Counted from the stretch's first letter, positions 1 to 10,593 are shown. The stretch: DNA of 64,000 nucleotides from an uncultured virus (IMG/VR IMGVR_UViG_3300042914_003776) (IMGVR_UViG_3300042914_003776:1-64000), one strand, 5' to 3'. The notes: a model not told the origin generated them from the letters alone. Program-made: numbers and translations.

Positions 1-268
1 ATTTAATATTATTGTCTTCGTCAATGCCATCGATTCTTATATGGCCAGATGCAAACCTATCAAATAAAAGTTTGCTGACTTTTACTAGAACCATTGCTTG
101 AACTACTTTGTGAATATTGTCTACATTAAAATCTGCTGTTGCCCGAACATATTGTAGTATGATTTTGTCTATCTCTTCTTCGGAAAGAGCTACAAAGTTT
201 TTTTCACTTTCATTCCAATGTAATTCGTCCGTGGGAATCAATGCGTATATATCTTTTCTAGTTGTCAT
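1..268 (-). CDS. hypothetical protein (runs off the left edge)
   Basis: Open frame from ATG at 268 (MTTRKDIYAL...) to the window edge, overlapping the upstream stop. Confidence 0.6.
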   Translation of the reverse strand, partial: MTTRKDIYALIPTDELHWNESEKNFVALSEEEIDKIILQYVRATADFNVDNIHKVVQAMVLVKVSKLLFDRFASGHIRIDGIDEDNNIK

Positions 269-518
269 TTTCTTGTTTCTTTAAAAAAGCTTCTCTTCTG
301 GAACTGTATCTGTTTGGATCAGCAAGATTAGTATCTAGCCTTTCCGAATATGTAATATAATACCCATCATCATCTTGACATATTACTTCATTTTTTTGTA
401 GCTCCACATCAAATAAATCTTTGTTAACAACCATTTTCGCATGAGACCCATAAAAGCTAGGAGTGGTAATTGTTCTTCCAGAATCATGAGATTTTCTTGA
501 TACCACTTTTTTATTCAC
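258..518 (-). CDS. hypothetical protein
   Basis: 86 aa ORF, ATGA-coupled to dUTPase. Confidence 0.6.
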   Translation of the reverse strand: MNKKVVSRKSHDSGRTITTPSFYGSHAKMVVNKDLFDVELQKNEVICQDDDGYYITYSERLDTNLADPNRYSSRREAFLKKQENDN

Positions 519-931
519 AGTCCAGTACTCCCAAATCCAGATTCGCCTCTATCAGTCTCTTCTAAAGATTCTACAGTTTCAAATTCATAAGTCAAGTATT
601 CCTGAAATAAAATTTGAGCAACTTTTGCTCCAGATTCTAGATATACATCTTGGTCTCCGGTATTATGCAGGATTACCTTAACTTCTCCTCTGTACGAGCT
701 ATCAATAACGCCCGCCAATACGTCTAGTCCAAAGTCTTTAGCATATCCGGAGCGGGGCCAAATTAGACCAACTACGCCCTCTGGAATCTCTAAAGATACT
801 CCGGTACTTACCGAAACTCTATCAAAAGCCGGAATCAAAACAGTTTCGCATGAAAACAGATCGTGCCCGGCATCGCCTAACTTTGGTGACTTTGGAGTTT
901 TTGCGTTTGGATTTAATAGTTTTACTTTCAT
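515..931 (-). CDS. dut: dUTP diphosphatase (trimeric dUTPase)
   Basis: Motifs AGHDL, PRSG, GVIDSSYRGE, KVAQ, RGESGFGSTG. Confidence 0.97.
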   Translation of the reverse strand: MKVKLLNPNAKTPKSPKLGDAGHDLFSCETVLIPAFDRVSVSTGVSLEIPEGVVGLIWPRSGYAKDFGLDVLAGVIDSSYRGEVKVILHNTGDQDVYLESGAKVAQILFQEYLTYEFETVESLEETDRGESGFGSTGL

Positions 932-1387
932 TTATCTTCCCTTTCTTCCTAAAATACAGCTATCGCATAAATAAGATGTTACCGAACCATCTCCCGCAAT
1001 AACTTTAATTTTGTTATTACAATTTTCGTTTGAACACTTCTTATAAGTCGGTTTATACTTGGGCCTATCCCTTGGTGACAATTTAATTTTTGGCGTTTGG
1101 TCTGCTTTAGACATTGCCTCTGTTTTATCATCAAAGAAAATATTTTTTCTATTTTTAATTTTATTTACCGGCACCTTAACTTTACCATCTACTTTTCTTT
1201 TCATAGTAAAATCGCCAGAATCTTTTGTAGAAGATACTTGTTTTTTAGGTGCCTTTTTTGTTTTTTTACTGACTGGCTCTACAGCTTCAGGCTCTTCCAG
1301 CAATTTATTAGCCAATTCTATCAGCTCTTCATCTTGAGTAGCTAAAGCCTTTTTTAATAGTTGTTTTACAATTTCTGTGTTTTTCAT
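932..1387 (-). CDS. hypothetical protein with C-terminal Cys cluster
   Basis: CSNENC...CDSC possible zinc finger; coupled to neighbours. Confidence 0.55.
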   Translation of the reverse strand: MKNTEIVKQLLKKALATQDEELIELANKLLEEPEAVEPVSKKTKKAPKKQVSSTKDSGDFTMKRKVDGKVKVPVNKIKNRKNIFFDDKTEAMSKADQTPKIKLSPRDRPKYKPTYKKCSNENCNNKIKVIAGDGSVTSYLCDSCILGRKGR

Positions 1388-1848
1388 TGCTTCCTCTTAG
1401 ATAGTTCTAACATAATATCGGACAATCTTTTAATATTTAATGCTTTATTTTCTAAAAGCTGAAATCTTAAAGACGCTTCATTCTTTAAATTATATAATTT
1501 TTCTGCTAATGGATTTTCTCTGATAGCTAGGTTGTACTTCTTTTCATACTTAACATAGTTATCGCCATAATTATCTATTGTTGGTGCCACGATATAGTTT
1601 ATACTATTTGTAGCGTAATCTATAATTGCTTTTAATCTATTTGATTCTTTATTTATATAATCTGCATAGCTACACAAAACAAAAGATGAAGTAATTAAAT
1701 CTTGAGAATTCATTTCTTTAATTTCTTCGTATGATAAGTTTATTACTTCTTCGCACTTATCATGATTAATTCTAGAAATATCTAATTTATTATCAGATAT
1801 CCAAGAATCAATTTTTTGCATAAAATCAATTACATCATCTGGATTCAA
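1384..1848 (-). CDS. helical protein, possibly UvsY-like recombination mediator
   Basis: 154 aa coiled-coil character, near RecA/UvsX; function inferred from context only. Confidence 0.35.
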   Translation of the reverse strand: MNPDDVIDFMQKIDSWISDNKLDISRINHDKCEEVINLSYEEIKEMNSQDLITSSFVLCSYADYINKESNRLKAIIDYATNSINYIVAPTIDNYGDNYVKYEKKYNLAIRENPLAEKLYNLKNEASLRFQLLENKALNIKRLSDIMLELSKRKQ

Positions 1849-2245
1849 TTTGCTGTCTCCATGTGTCTGGTTTATCTTTATGATTTAAAACAATTAGACT
1901 TATTTGATTTTGTTCACACCATCTAATTTTGTCACAATCTCTTTTTTTTGCTTTTAAAAAATTAAACTTCTGTTTGTAGAAAAAGCTGCTATAAGAATAA
2001 TGCTGTTCTCCATGAGCTTCTACCATTAAATTTCTATTTGGTATGTAAAAATCTACAGATAATTCTTTCTTGCCTTTCCAATCTCTGCTACCTATTAATT
2101 CTACTTCTTCCATAATTATATCAAACGGAAAAATTTCTTTTAGTAAAAGTTTTACATTTTGATGCAAGGAAGACTTATTATCTAAGGCACTAGAACCTCT
2201 AGGCTTCCAATCATATTCTTTTCCATCTAATCCTATGATTTTCAT
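1835..2245 (-). CDS. PD-(D/E)XK endonuclease (Vsr/DUF559-like)
   Basis: VDFYIP...MVEAHGEQHY...RDCDKIRWCEQNQISL; ATG 2245 overlaps the recA stop. Confidence 0.75.
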   Translation of the reverse strand: MKIIGLDGKEYDWKPRGSSALDNKSSLHQNVKLLLKEIFPFDIIMEEVELIGSRDWKGKKELSVDFYIPNRNLMVEAHGEQHYSYSSFFYKQKFNFLKAKKRDCDKIRWCEQNQISLIVLNHKDKPDTWRQQIESR

Positions 2246-3330
2246 AACATTAATTTGATTTCTTCCACTAATGCTTCGTATAGTCGTGGATTTTCTTTGA
2301 TAAAGAAATATGTTTTTTCCGCCCCCTGAAACTTGCATTTCTTGAGTGCTTCATCTGGCTCTTTATATGTATTATCAGAATTTAGCTCAATCTCTGGAAA
2401 AATACTTTTCAATAATTCTGGTTTGTTGTAAAGAAAAGAACATGTCATCCAAGCCACAGCCTGAGAAATAAGCCCAGCTTCTTGACCCATGATTAGAATT
2501 TCTTGCACCTTATCAACACCATATCCATAGCGTACCCAGCTTTGGCATTCTGCCCCCGGCGGGCCCATAGAAGAGCACAATACCTTCCAGTTAATCGCCT
2601 GACCGATTTGCTGGTCGTCTTGTAGCCAAGGCTGAATAGACTTAACTTCCATTCGCGTATCTGCCTGATATTGAATCTTAACACCACCATCGGCCATTCT
2701 AGCAGCACCATAGCCGCTTGTATTGGTAATCATGTGAGTAATCAAAATCATTAGAGATTTCTGATTTGGTACAATCTGTCCCATTTTCTTAGTAAAGTCC
2801 GAAAGTATTTTTGGTAAACCGGGCCTTGTCATTCCGTTGATTTCCTGCTCTAAGTCTCTTTGTGGAATTAAAGAAGAGACAGAGTCAATAATACAAACAC
2901 AGCCTTCATTTTCTTTTGCTGAAACTAGTTTGGCAGCTATATCTAAAAACTCTTCTGCACTTAGAGGCTTTTCTTCCGCCCTAATTACAGTTACTTTTGC
3001 TGGATCTAATTCGCTTATTTCAAAGTTCATTTCTTTTAATCGGCCCTCAACATCTAAATATATGATATGACGACCTTCTTTTTGACAATTTGCTGCAATT
3101 TGCATAGCAATTGTAGTTTTTCCAGACTTGCATGCTCCGCTCAACATAACCCAAGAGCCTTCTTTAATACCGCCGCTTAATGCTACGTCGATTACCGGGC
3201 TGACAGAAATAACCTTATAGTCTTTTCTTTTATCAAGTAGCTCTGTACCAGTTCTAATAACATCTCCATACTTTTTTGCAATTTCGGATAGTGTATTGCC
3301 TTCTGTTTTAGATACTTTAGTCTTCGCCAT
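2242..3330 (-). CDS. RecA/UvsX-like recombinase
   Basis: DVALSGGI, Walker A GACKSGKTT, YLDVEG, IIDSVSSL, GGVKIQYQADTRM. Confidence 0.92.
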   Translation of the reverse strand: MAKTKVSKTEGNTLSEIAKKYGDVIRTGTELLDKRKDYKVISVSPVIDVALSGGIKEGSWVMLSGACKSGKTTIAMQIAANCQKEGRHIIYLDVEGRLKEMNFEISELDPAKVTVIRAEEKPLSAEEFLDIAAKLVSAKENEGCVCIIDSVSSLIPQRDLEQEINGMTRPGLPKILSDFTKKMGQIVPNQKSLMILITHMITNTSGYGAARMADGGVKIQYQADTRMEVKSIQPWLQDDQQIGQAINWKVLCSSMGPPGAECQSWVRYGYGVDKVQEILIMGQEAGLISQAVAWMTCSFLYNKPELLKSIFPEIELNSDNTYKEPDEALKKCKFQGAEKTYFFIKENPRLYEALVEEIKLML

Positions 3331-3790
3331 TATTATTCTCCAAATTTTTAAATTTTGCAAACATACTTTTTTTCTTGCTGGCAAAAGATGCTCTCGGTTG
3401 TTGAGAAGTATCTATCTTTTCTTTTGCTTCGACTATACTAACCTTTTCTAGTTCTTCTCTATATGTAAAAGCAAAATCTTCAATCATTTTTTTTACGAAA
3501 TCTAGCGGGTGATAAAAGCCCAAAGAATATATCTTTTTGCCTTTTTCTGAATTAATAAAAGCTATTAAAACTTTATCTCCAAATTCTTCTATAAGTCTAT
3601 GCGCGGCAACGATTTGTGCCTGATATGATTTTTTTTGAGACTTGTTCCAAAATTTAAACGCTAGATTGCCTTTATTATCTTTTTCTGCTTTTCTAAGGCA
3701 CATAACCTCAGCAACATATTGTGCGGCATTACACATCACGCCTGTCGAGGGCGACTTGAATACTTTCTCTAGTTTTTTTTCTTGATCCAT
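3317..3790 (-). CDS. hypothetical protein
   Basis: 157 aa ORF in operon. Confidence 0.6.
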   Translation of the reverse strand: MDQEKKLEKVFKSPSTGVMCNAAQYVAEVMCLRKAEKDNKGNLAFKFWNKSQKKSYQAQIVAAHRLIEEFGDKVLIAFINSEKGKKIYSLGFYHPLDFVKKMIEDFAFTYREELEKVSIVEAKEKIDTSQQPRASFASKKKSMFAKFKNLENNNGED

Positions 3791-4247
3791 TTTTAAAAAT
3801 CATCAACTTTGCATTTTCTGGAGTGATTAGTCTTGTTTGATTGAATGGCTCTATTGAATTTTCCGGCCAACAAAACTTTTTAACATCAATAATATCTTCA
3901 TTATCCCTTAAAACACCAACTATTAACTGTTTGTAAGATGGACCCTGTTCTCCAGTTTCTATCTTAATATCTCTGGATGATCCTCTCAAGATAAAAACAC
4001 CATCTAGACCATCGCTATTTTCAAACATAACTGTGTGAGGAGCACCAAACATGAGTGCCTCAATTTTTATTATAAATTTATTATTGTCTTCGCAGTATTT
4101 TTTGAGTCTGTTATAAGGATGATCGCTAACGGTAGGTCTATCATAATCAGAGTAAACTTTAGTTCCGTCGTCTAAAGTTGCCACCCATAACATTTCTAAA
4201 TTTCTAATTAATGTTTTTACGTAGCTATCTATTTGTGTACAAATCAT
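3729..4247 (-). CDS. hypothetical protein
   Basis: 172 aa ORF in operon. Confidence 0.6.
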   Translation of the reverse strand: MICTQIDSYVKTLIRNLEMLWVATLDDGTKVYSDYDRPTVSDHPYNRLKKYCEDNNKFIIKIEALMFGAPHTVMFENSDGLDGVFILRGSSRDIKIETGEQGPSYKQLIVGVLRDNEDIIDVKKFCWPENSIEPFNQTRLITPENAKLMIFKNGSRKKTRESIQVALDRRDV

Positions 4248-4591
4248 TGTTTATCAGGGTTCATTATAAAAATAAATCTGTTGTCTTTTTTATTTGCCGC
4301 CGGTCTATTTTTTCTTTTTTCGTCAGAAATCATAGACGCAGTAGGTGTCATAATCACTGCTCCATATTTTTTATTTCTAGATAGAGAGCTTGATATTGCA
4401 CTTTCTTCTTTTACTTCTTTTGGTTCTTCTGGCTTTGTTTCTAGTTTTACTTCCGGCACATTAAATTGATCTAAGAATTGTTTAATAGATTCTTCTGTTC
4501 TTCCAGTCTTCTTAGACAAAAACTTTAAAGTTTTATTCTTGTTTTTTAAAAGAAAATCTTTGTCTGTGCTTGACATAGGTCCACGTTTCAT
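4244..4591 (-). CDS. hypothetical protein
   Basis: 115 aa, ATGA-coupled. Confidence 0.55.
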   Translation of the reverse strand: MKRGPMSSTDKDFLLKNKNKTLKFLSKKTGRTEESIKQFLDQFNVPEVKLETKPEEPKEVKEESAISSSLSRNKKYGAVIMTPTASMISDEKRKNRPAANKKDNRFIFIMNPDKQ

Positions 4592-4878
4592 GTTCGTTGC
4601 TCCGTTAATGCTACCCGTTGAGCTTGAATAAAATATAGTTTATTTTTAGTTTTTAGATACTTAAAAAATAAATTAAATGCAGATTCGGAAACGGTTTTTA
4701 GCTTACATAAATCTTTATCGCCCCTTTTCAATAGATATGGGCCATATGGATCATGTATCGCTCCCTTCCAGAATATAATAAAGTAATACGTCTTGTTTTG
4801 CAACTCAATTTTTTTAGCGAGGGCACTATTTTCTTCAACTTCTTGTCCCCCAAGACCATAACAAGTTTCACTCTTCAT
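4588..4878 (-). CDS. hypothetical protein
   Basis: 96 aa ORF in operon. Confidence 0.55.
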   Translation of the reverse strand: MKSETCYGLGGQEVEENSALAKKIELQNKTYYFIIFWKGAIHDPYGPYLLKRGDKDLCKLKTVSESAFNLFFKYLKTKNKLYFIQAQRVALTEQRT

Positions 4879-5080
4879 ATTTTAAACTCTCCAAAACTTT
4901 CTTGATCTTTTCTATGCAATTTTCTTTATTATATCCAGATATATTAAAAATCGCCTTATCTTTTATTCCAAATTTTTCTAACTCTTCATTTGGTAATCTT
5001 TCCGGAATTAGGCTTCCGTCTTCAGATATAGGAAAAACATGTATGTTAAAAGAAATCTGAGCATGATGCGGGCTATTCAA
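4868..5080 (-). CDS. hypothetical protein
   Basis: 70 aa ORF in operon. Confidence 0.5.
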   Translation of the reverse strand: MNSPHHAQISFNIHVFPISEDGSLIPERLPNEELEKFGIKDKAIFNISGYNKENCIEKIKKVLESLKYEE

Positions 5081-5081
5081 A

Positions 5082-5435
5082 TCAATCTCCTTCTACTATC
5101 CATTTTTGCTTTTGTTCTGGTGTCATTTTATTAATTTTACGCATTAAGTCTTTTTTATCTTTTGCTTCTTTAGAAATAATTTTATTATCTTTTCTCATTT
5201 TTTCTTCTAGGCCATATTTGCCTAGCTTTTTAGTATTTGCTTCGGCAAGCTGTCCTATAGTTTTAATTTCTTTGACTGTTGCGTGAATGCTATCTAATGA
5301 ATATTCTCTATTAACTTTTTTGCTTTTACATTGATGACATTTAACTTTTTTCATATTATCATCATACTCTTGAACTCGCCAAAACTCTACAGATATAGAG
5401 TTACACTTTTCACATTTAAAATTATACTCAGGCAT
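5082..5435 (-). CDS. FmdB-family zinc ribbon protein
   Basis: MPEYNFKCEKC...KCHQCKS pattern. Confidence 0.75.
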   Translation of the reverse strand: MPEYNFKCEKCNSISVEFWRVQEYDDNMKKVKCHQCKSKKVNREYSLDSIHATVKEIKTIGQLAEANTKKLGKYGLEEKMRKDNKIISKEAKDKKDLMRKINKMTPEQKQKWIVEGD

Positions 5436-7119
5436 CTTTTAACCTACTTAAAATTTTTGGAATCAAGCCGTTTCTGACAACATCGGTGCCATCTAATTCA
5501 CAAATGGCTACCTTATCTAAATTATGTAATCTAGAAATAAATTTATCTAATCCGCCCTTAGTGTATTCTGGTAAATCACTTTGGTCAGTATCGCCATTGA
5601 TAATAGCTTTTGAGTTCATGCCAATTCTAGTAATAAACATTTTTATTTGTTCAAAAGTGCAATTTTGGGCTTCGTCAAGAATCATAAAAGCATTATGGAA
5701 GTTTCTACCTCGCATGTATTCTAGTGGACAAATTTCTATTATATTGGTTGCTTTGAGATGCATCAAGGCTTCGCCTAGATATTGTTTCATTTCTTCAAGG
5801 ATAGGAATCATGTACGGATTAATTTTTTCTAACATAGTGCCGGGCAAAAAGCCTAAGCCTTTTCCTGACTCAATTACTGGTCTAGTAATAATAACTTTAG
5901 ATACATCATTTCTCATTAACGCTTCGCAGGCTAATCCAGTAGCAATTGCGGTGTTATGCGTTTGAACAAATCCGTCTGTTAAATATAAATGACTATTAGA
6001 ATCTATTAAAATACACTGACATTCTTTTTCTGATATTTTTTCTATTGAATCTATGTATCTTTTTAGAAAATATTTTTCTCTTACTAATAAATTTTCTCTT
6101 TTTCTGCTTAGCTTAAATGGCACTAAGTTATTATTAAATCTTATAAAAACCCTATAGTTTTCTTTAGTTATTATTTTTTCATTATTTTTTGTGTAATGTC
6201 CCATTCTTGCACTAATTTTTGCAAAACCGCCTAAAGATTGAACGATAGTTTGAACATCTAGTGCTAGCTGGTAAGAAGCCGTAGAAAATTCTATTGTACT
6301 GCTTCCACAATATCCATCTGTATCTAGCAAGCCAGACAATATTTCAGTTCTAACCTGTTTAGAGTTATAAATATATTCTTTTGGTATAAATTTATTATAA
6401 GAAAGCTTATTTAAAATACCAAGTCTTTCTAGTTCTGGTTTTAAAACTAAATATCCTCCTGTAATATTATAGTCACAATTATTTTGTTTGGAGAGAGAAC
6501 AAGATATTTCATTTAGTACAGGCGTAAGTAAATCTATCATTTCTTTATCATTTGTGCTAAACCTAAGCATTTGTTGGCTTAATCCGCCGTCACCAATCAA
6601 GCATCCTAGCAAGTATGGATCGATATTAACTTCCTGATGATCAAAATCAACTGCTTCTATAGCGGGCAGATAGTATTTCCTTTTGCCGGATTTTCTTTTA
6701 TAAGAATTAATAATTTTTTCTAAGGGCAATGTTTTTGGAGCTTTCCAATTTTCACTACATAATGTCCATAAATGCTCTTTACAGCATTCTACAGTTTGTC
6801 CATCTGAAAATGTTATTAAATAAACATCTTTTTTGCCTTGCGGAAAAACATTTAGTACTTTAGCTCTTTTACCATCTTCAGTAAGAACATATGAGCCTAT
6901 TTTTACATCGCCCATCGCTATTGGGCCACTAGGAGTCCATATTGTAGAATCAAGCGGCTGCGCCTTGCCGCTACCGGCCGGGCCAATACATAAAGTAACA
7001 TCGTTTTCTACAACGCTTCTAATATAATCAGCCTGATTTTTAGTTTTTGGAACTAAAGTTTTTCTTTCTTGTCTTGGGGGATCTTTCTTTGGCGTATTAT
7101 CTTGTCTCTTTTTTTTCAT
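5428..7119 (-). CDS. phoH: PhoH-family ATPase containing an intein
   Basis: GPAGSGK|intein|TAIA, TRPVIE, LGFLPG, PLEYMRGRNF, ILDEAQN, GDTDQSDL. Confidence 0.95.
   Translation of the reverse strand: MKKKRQDNTPKKDPPRQERKTLVPKTKNQADYIRSVVENDVTLCIGPAGSGKAQPLDSTIWTPSGPIAMGDVKIGSYVLTEDGKRAKVLNVFPQGKKDVYLITFSDGQTVECCKEHLWTLCSENWKAPKTLPLEKIINSYKRKSGKRKYYLPAIEAVDFDHQEVNIDPYLLGCLIGDGGLSQQMLRFSTNDKEMIDLLTPVLNEISCSLSKQNNCDYNITGGYLVLKPELERLGILNKLSYNKFIPKEYIYNSKQVRTEILSGLLDTDGYCGSSTIEFSTASYQLALDVQTIVQSLGGFAKISARMGHYTKNNEKIITKENYRVFIRFNNNLVPFKLSRKRENLLVREKYFLKRYIDSIEKISEKECQCILIDSNSHLYLTDGFVQTHNTAIATGLACEALMRNDVSKVIITRPVIESGKGLGFLPGTMLEKINPYMIPILEEMKQYLGEALMHLKATNIIEICPLEYMRGRNFHNAFMILDEAQNCTFEQIKMFITRIGMNSKAIINGDTDQSDLPEYTKGGLDKFISRLHNLDKVAICELDGTDVVRNGLIPKILSRLKDA
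5953..6963 (-). mobile_element. intein (337 aa) with LAGLIDADG homing endonuclease, class 3 type
   Basis: Starts AQPLDS in the P-loop, ends VQTHN|T; LGCLIGDG and LSGLLDTDG motifs; HLW, CQCILID and THN give the W-C-T triplet. Confidence 0.93.
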
Positions 7120-7129
7120 AAGATATCCC

Positions 7130-8317
7130 TTAATATGATTCAGATGTTTGCGCGAATAACGCCGGATTAAGAGATGCATTACTTGCCTGTATCTGAGTGT
7201 ATGTTAAAAAATCATTATTATTGTTTTGATAACTAATTTCGTACTCTACTATGCTCCCATCCGCACTACCTCCTGTCTGGTTAAAAGAAATCATTTTGTT
7301 TTTATTGCCCAAGTTCCATATGAAAAACTTAGTTTGTCCGCTGGGCAATGGTATGCCAGCAACTATACAAATTCTTTCATTATGATTCGTAATAAAATCG
7401 CTATTGACTGGATCAATATCTACTTGAGGCAATCTCCGGGCCGAAATAGTAAACGAGCATGTTACGCCAACTGGAAGTGCCAGCGTTTTATGCCAATTAA
7501 CCTTATCGCCCTGCTGAATTTGTCCAGTAGTTAAATAATCCATATATTCTAAAGATAAATCAATCTTTATATTTTTTATTCCAAATATTTCTTGTCCATT
7601 AAAAAAATTATTAAAATCGGTCAAAGCTTTTATAGACTCTGGTAATACGCAAAAATGATTGTATACTGATCCTCTTTTTAAAATGATAGGATCGTTAATT
7701 GGATTGTCTATTGTTAAAGAATCTAAATTAAAGCTATTTGATGCTTGTTTAGTTTTAATTTTATTACTTAAAGATATATTTTCTGTAAAGAATCCAGACA
7801 CATCTAGGTTATATGACAAGTTTGTTAGTAAGCACTTAGGCATACTAATGATATCTTGTGCCGTTCCAGAGTTTCCAGACACTTCGCCCAATAAAGATGT
7901 TTCGTCTGTAGCAACAAGAGTTAAATCATACTCTGGTATATTCTTTGCCTTAACATTATTAGCTTGACCGACATCCCATCCATTGATGGAGGAGCCAAAT
8001 ATTTCTGGCTTTAAGAAAAAAGTATTAGCATAAGTTAAAGAATTTCTGGCTGTATTACATAAAAAATTAGACCCAAGTTCTGCCCAAAATATATCCTTAT
8101 TAGACAAAACTCTTTCGATGGTAATCTCATTATTGGGAGGTAATCTTAAACTATCATATAGCTGTGTCTTTCCGACATTAGAAATATTAGCCATTTCCAT
8201 TCCTGTATCTATTCCTATAGACTGTACCCCGGAAAGGAAATAGTTAGTGATTGAGCTATTTTTGCTTATGCTGTTTAAGAATACGGCTAAAGAGCCATAA
8301 AATATTCTATTTGCCAT
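7130..8317 (-). CDS. putative virion structural protein (tail-tube-like)
   Basis: 395 aa, S/N/T/G-rich and beta-prone (SGVQSIG, EITIERVL, NLSYNLDVSG); fold is a guess. Confidence 0.4.
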   Translation of the reverse strand: MANRIFYGSLAVFLNSISKNSSITNYFLSGVQSIGIDTGMEMANISNVGKTQLYDSLRLPPNNEITIERVLSNKDIFWAELGSNFLCNTARNSLTYANTFFLKPEIFGSSINGWDVGQANNVKAKNIPEYDLTLVATDETSLLGEVSGNSGTAQDIISMPKCLLTNLSYNLDVSGFFTENISLSNKIKTKQASNSFNLDSLTIDNPINDPIILKRGSVYNHFCVLPESIKALTDFNNFFNGQEIFGIKNIKIDLSLEYMDYLTTGQIQQGDKVNWHKTLALPVGVTCSFTISARRLPQVDIDPVNSDFITNHNERICIVAGIPLPSGQTKFFIWNLGNKNKMISFNQTGGSADGSIVEYEISYQNNNNDFLTYTQIQASNASLNPALFAQTSESY

Positions 8318-8335
8318 TGTTACTCGCGTGTTCTT

Positions 8336-10543
8336 TTAAAATAGATCGCATTTTCCGCCGCCACAGGCTATTTCTTCCTGAAGTTTTGTATTGTCCTTTT
8401 CCTCTTGTAGGAGAGTATAGTCAACCTCAACATATTCTCTTTGAAGCTCTGTCCACAGCTTATAGTTATACACATCTTTCATGGCATGGGTTAGTTTCTT
8501 GATATCTCCCTCAAAGTATTTGACTGCATATTTATTGCATCTTTTGATCCAGTCTGTTTTTGCCGTACCTCTGCTTCTTGATCCGTTTCCTAGTAATGCT
8601 GAGCATGCTTCCCATAGATTATCTTCCCAGAGTGTTAGTGCTGTTTCGATAAGGCCGCTAACAAATACCACTCCATCGCCGTAATGAGATAGCATCTCGC
8701 TAGGTAGATATATGGTAGTAAAAGGAGCTTGTGGGTAGTCTTTATCGCCGGTCGATGCCAATAGACTAATTCCGCAGAAAAATTCTCTATTTTCATAAAT
8801 AAAATCTTCAACCTGCACCCATTCGCTGGGCTTAATATTGATCGTATTACTCACATTATGATTTAGCCAAGGCTGCGTACATAAATCTTTATTTAATCCA
8901 GACATGACCCAATTCTTTTGTGTTGACTTAACAATTTCTAATAAATTGATAGCACTAGTCTGATTTTTTGTCTTTGATCCATCCGGAACCTCTACACAAA
9001 AACTAATTACATCATCCGTATCATTTGCCGACCAAACCGATCTTTCGCAAGCTCTTGGATTCATTGTACTAAAATATTTATATACATTTTCCATTTTATT
9101 AGCCTGAACTCTTCTGATATATCTTTTGGCATGGTGCGGATGGATGCCGCTAGCAGTACCTAAAACACATGAAGATGAACCTTCTGGTTTAACGCATGTA
9201 GTTCTAGCCGCTGGATTAATATTTATTAGTTTTGATATTTGATTGTTTGTTTCTTTTACTACCTCTGCTCCCTTTTGCTGTACTGTGGGGTCTAGGCAAA
9301 CTTCAGGGTTTTCTAGCCATCCAGTGCCACTAACGCCTAATAGGGCCTCTCTAGCAAAGATTCTCTCTGATACTTCGCCCAAATAAGGAAAGCTTGTGAA
9401 ACCAGCTTGTAAAGTTCCGATTATTGCAGCAGCCTTACATGCCTCATAAAAGTCTTCTTCGGTTTTTACTTTGGCACAATTAATGGTTGATAAATTACAA
9501 CCCTGCCAGCCAGAAATTCCAGTTTTTTCATCCACTGGCCACATGCCAATTTCCACACAGGGATTCACAATTAATTCAGTCGAATCAGACCATACAAAGC
9601 CCGGTTCTCCAAATTCTTTTACGGATTTCATCAATTCTGCAAACTGTTCTTTTGTTGTAGAATCCCGCAATAGCAATGCTGAATTATTGGATCGGCCTCT
9701 TTGCGGATTATCCGTAAACCAATTACCTGTTTTTGCTTTAGCCATTTCTGCGTCATCGGGCGAAAAAACACAAATCGTAGCGGACCTTCTCACGCCACCC
9801 GAGATAACAGCATCAGAAGCATGCATGATAATATCATATGCCTCAATAGGCTTTATTTTTCTTAAATCATCTGAACAAAATTCTGTCCGGCTAATTGAAT
9901 TGTCTAGAATTTTTTTAATATTTTTTAGAGCCTTTTTTAGTGGCTCTGGGCCGGGCGCTTTGCCGACCCCGCCAGCTACGGGCGATCCAGCGGGTCTAAT
10001 TTGCGTGTAATCAAAAGTTACATTATATCCCACATACTCTGCAAAAAGCTCGTCCTGATCAAAATACGAGGCAACTAAGACGCCTACCGCATCTGACCAT
10101 CCTTCGATACTATCCTCGATAACAAATTTCTTATTCTTCTCTGGCGCAACTGAAATAAGGGCCGGAAGTTTATCTATGTGATGTTTCTGTACTGAGAACC
10201 CAGTACCACAACCACACAGCAATAAATACATACATTCTTGAAAGAATCTTAATCGGTCTACATATGAGCTAACACAATTATAAATCCGGGCATGCTTGTT
10301 TAAAATAGGCTCTCCGCCAAATTGGAGCGCTCTTTGGCTTCCTAATACCTTCTTCTTATACATCATATCATACGCCCAGTCTATTTGGTCGTGTAGTTCT
10401 TGAGATGCATTGCTGTACTTCGTATGCATCATGCTTCTGACACGATCATTTGCCTCTTTCCATGTTTCTCTTCTTTTCTTTTCTGGCAAATACCTTGCAT
10501 ATTTTGAAGTAAAGGTATAGTCCTGTAGCGATTTCAAACTCAT
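8336..10543 (-). CDS. nrdJ: ribonucleotide reductase, class II (B12-dependent) type
   Basis: IYNC, GGVRRSA, NPCVEI, GCNL, TTCVKPEG, C-terminal CGGGKC; no NrdB adjacent in the window. Confidence 0.85.
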   Translation of the reverse strand: MSLKSLQDYTFTSKYARYLPEKKRRETWKEANDRVRSMMHTKYSNASQELHDQIDWAYDMMYKKKVLGSQRALQFGGEPILNKHARIYNCVSSYVDRLRFFQECMYLLLCGCGTGFSVQKHHIDKLPALISVAPEKNKKFVIEDSIEGWSDAVGVLVASYFDQDELFAEYVGYNVTFDYTQIRPAGSPVAGGVGKAPGPEPLKKALKNIKKILDNSISRTEFCSDDLRKIKPIEAYDIIMHASDAVISGGVRRSATICVFSPDDAEMAKAKTGNWFTDNPQRGRSNNSALLLRDSTTKEQFAELMKSVKEFGEPGFVWSDSTELIVNPCVEIGMWPVDEKTGISGWQGCNLSTINCAKVKTEEDFYEACKAAAIIGTLQAGFTSFPYLGEVSERIFAREALLGVSGTGWLENPEVCLDPTVQQKGAEVVKETNNQISKLININPAARTTCVKPEGSSSCVLGTASGIHPHHAKRYIRRVQANKMENVYKYFSTMNPRACERSVWSANDTDDVISFCVEVPDGSKTKNQTSAINLLEIVKSTQKNWVMSGLNKDLCTQPWLNHNVSNTINIKPSEWVQVEDFIYENREFFCGISLLASTGDKDYPQAPFTTIYLPSEMLSHYGDGVVFVSGLIETALTLWEDNLWEACSALLGNGSRSRGTAKTDWIKRCNKYAVKYFEGDIKKLTHAMKDVYNYKLWTELQREYVEVDYTLLQEEKDNTKLQEEIACGGGKCDLF

Positions 10544-10567
10544 AGCTGCTCCTATATTTTATTGAAA

Positions 10568-10593
10568 GAAAAAGCGCTCTGACGAGCGCTTTT
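10568..10593 (-). terminator. intrinsic terminator-like hairpin
   Basis: AAAAGCGCTC-TGAC-GAGCGCTTTT inverted repeat with a U-tract on the minus strand. Confidence 0.6.
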
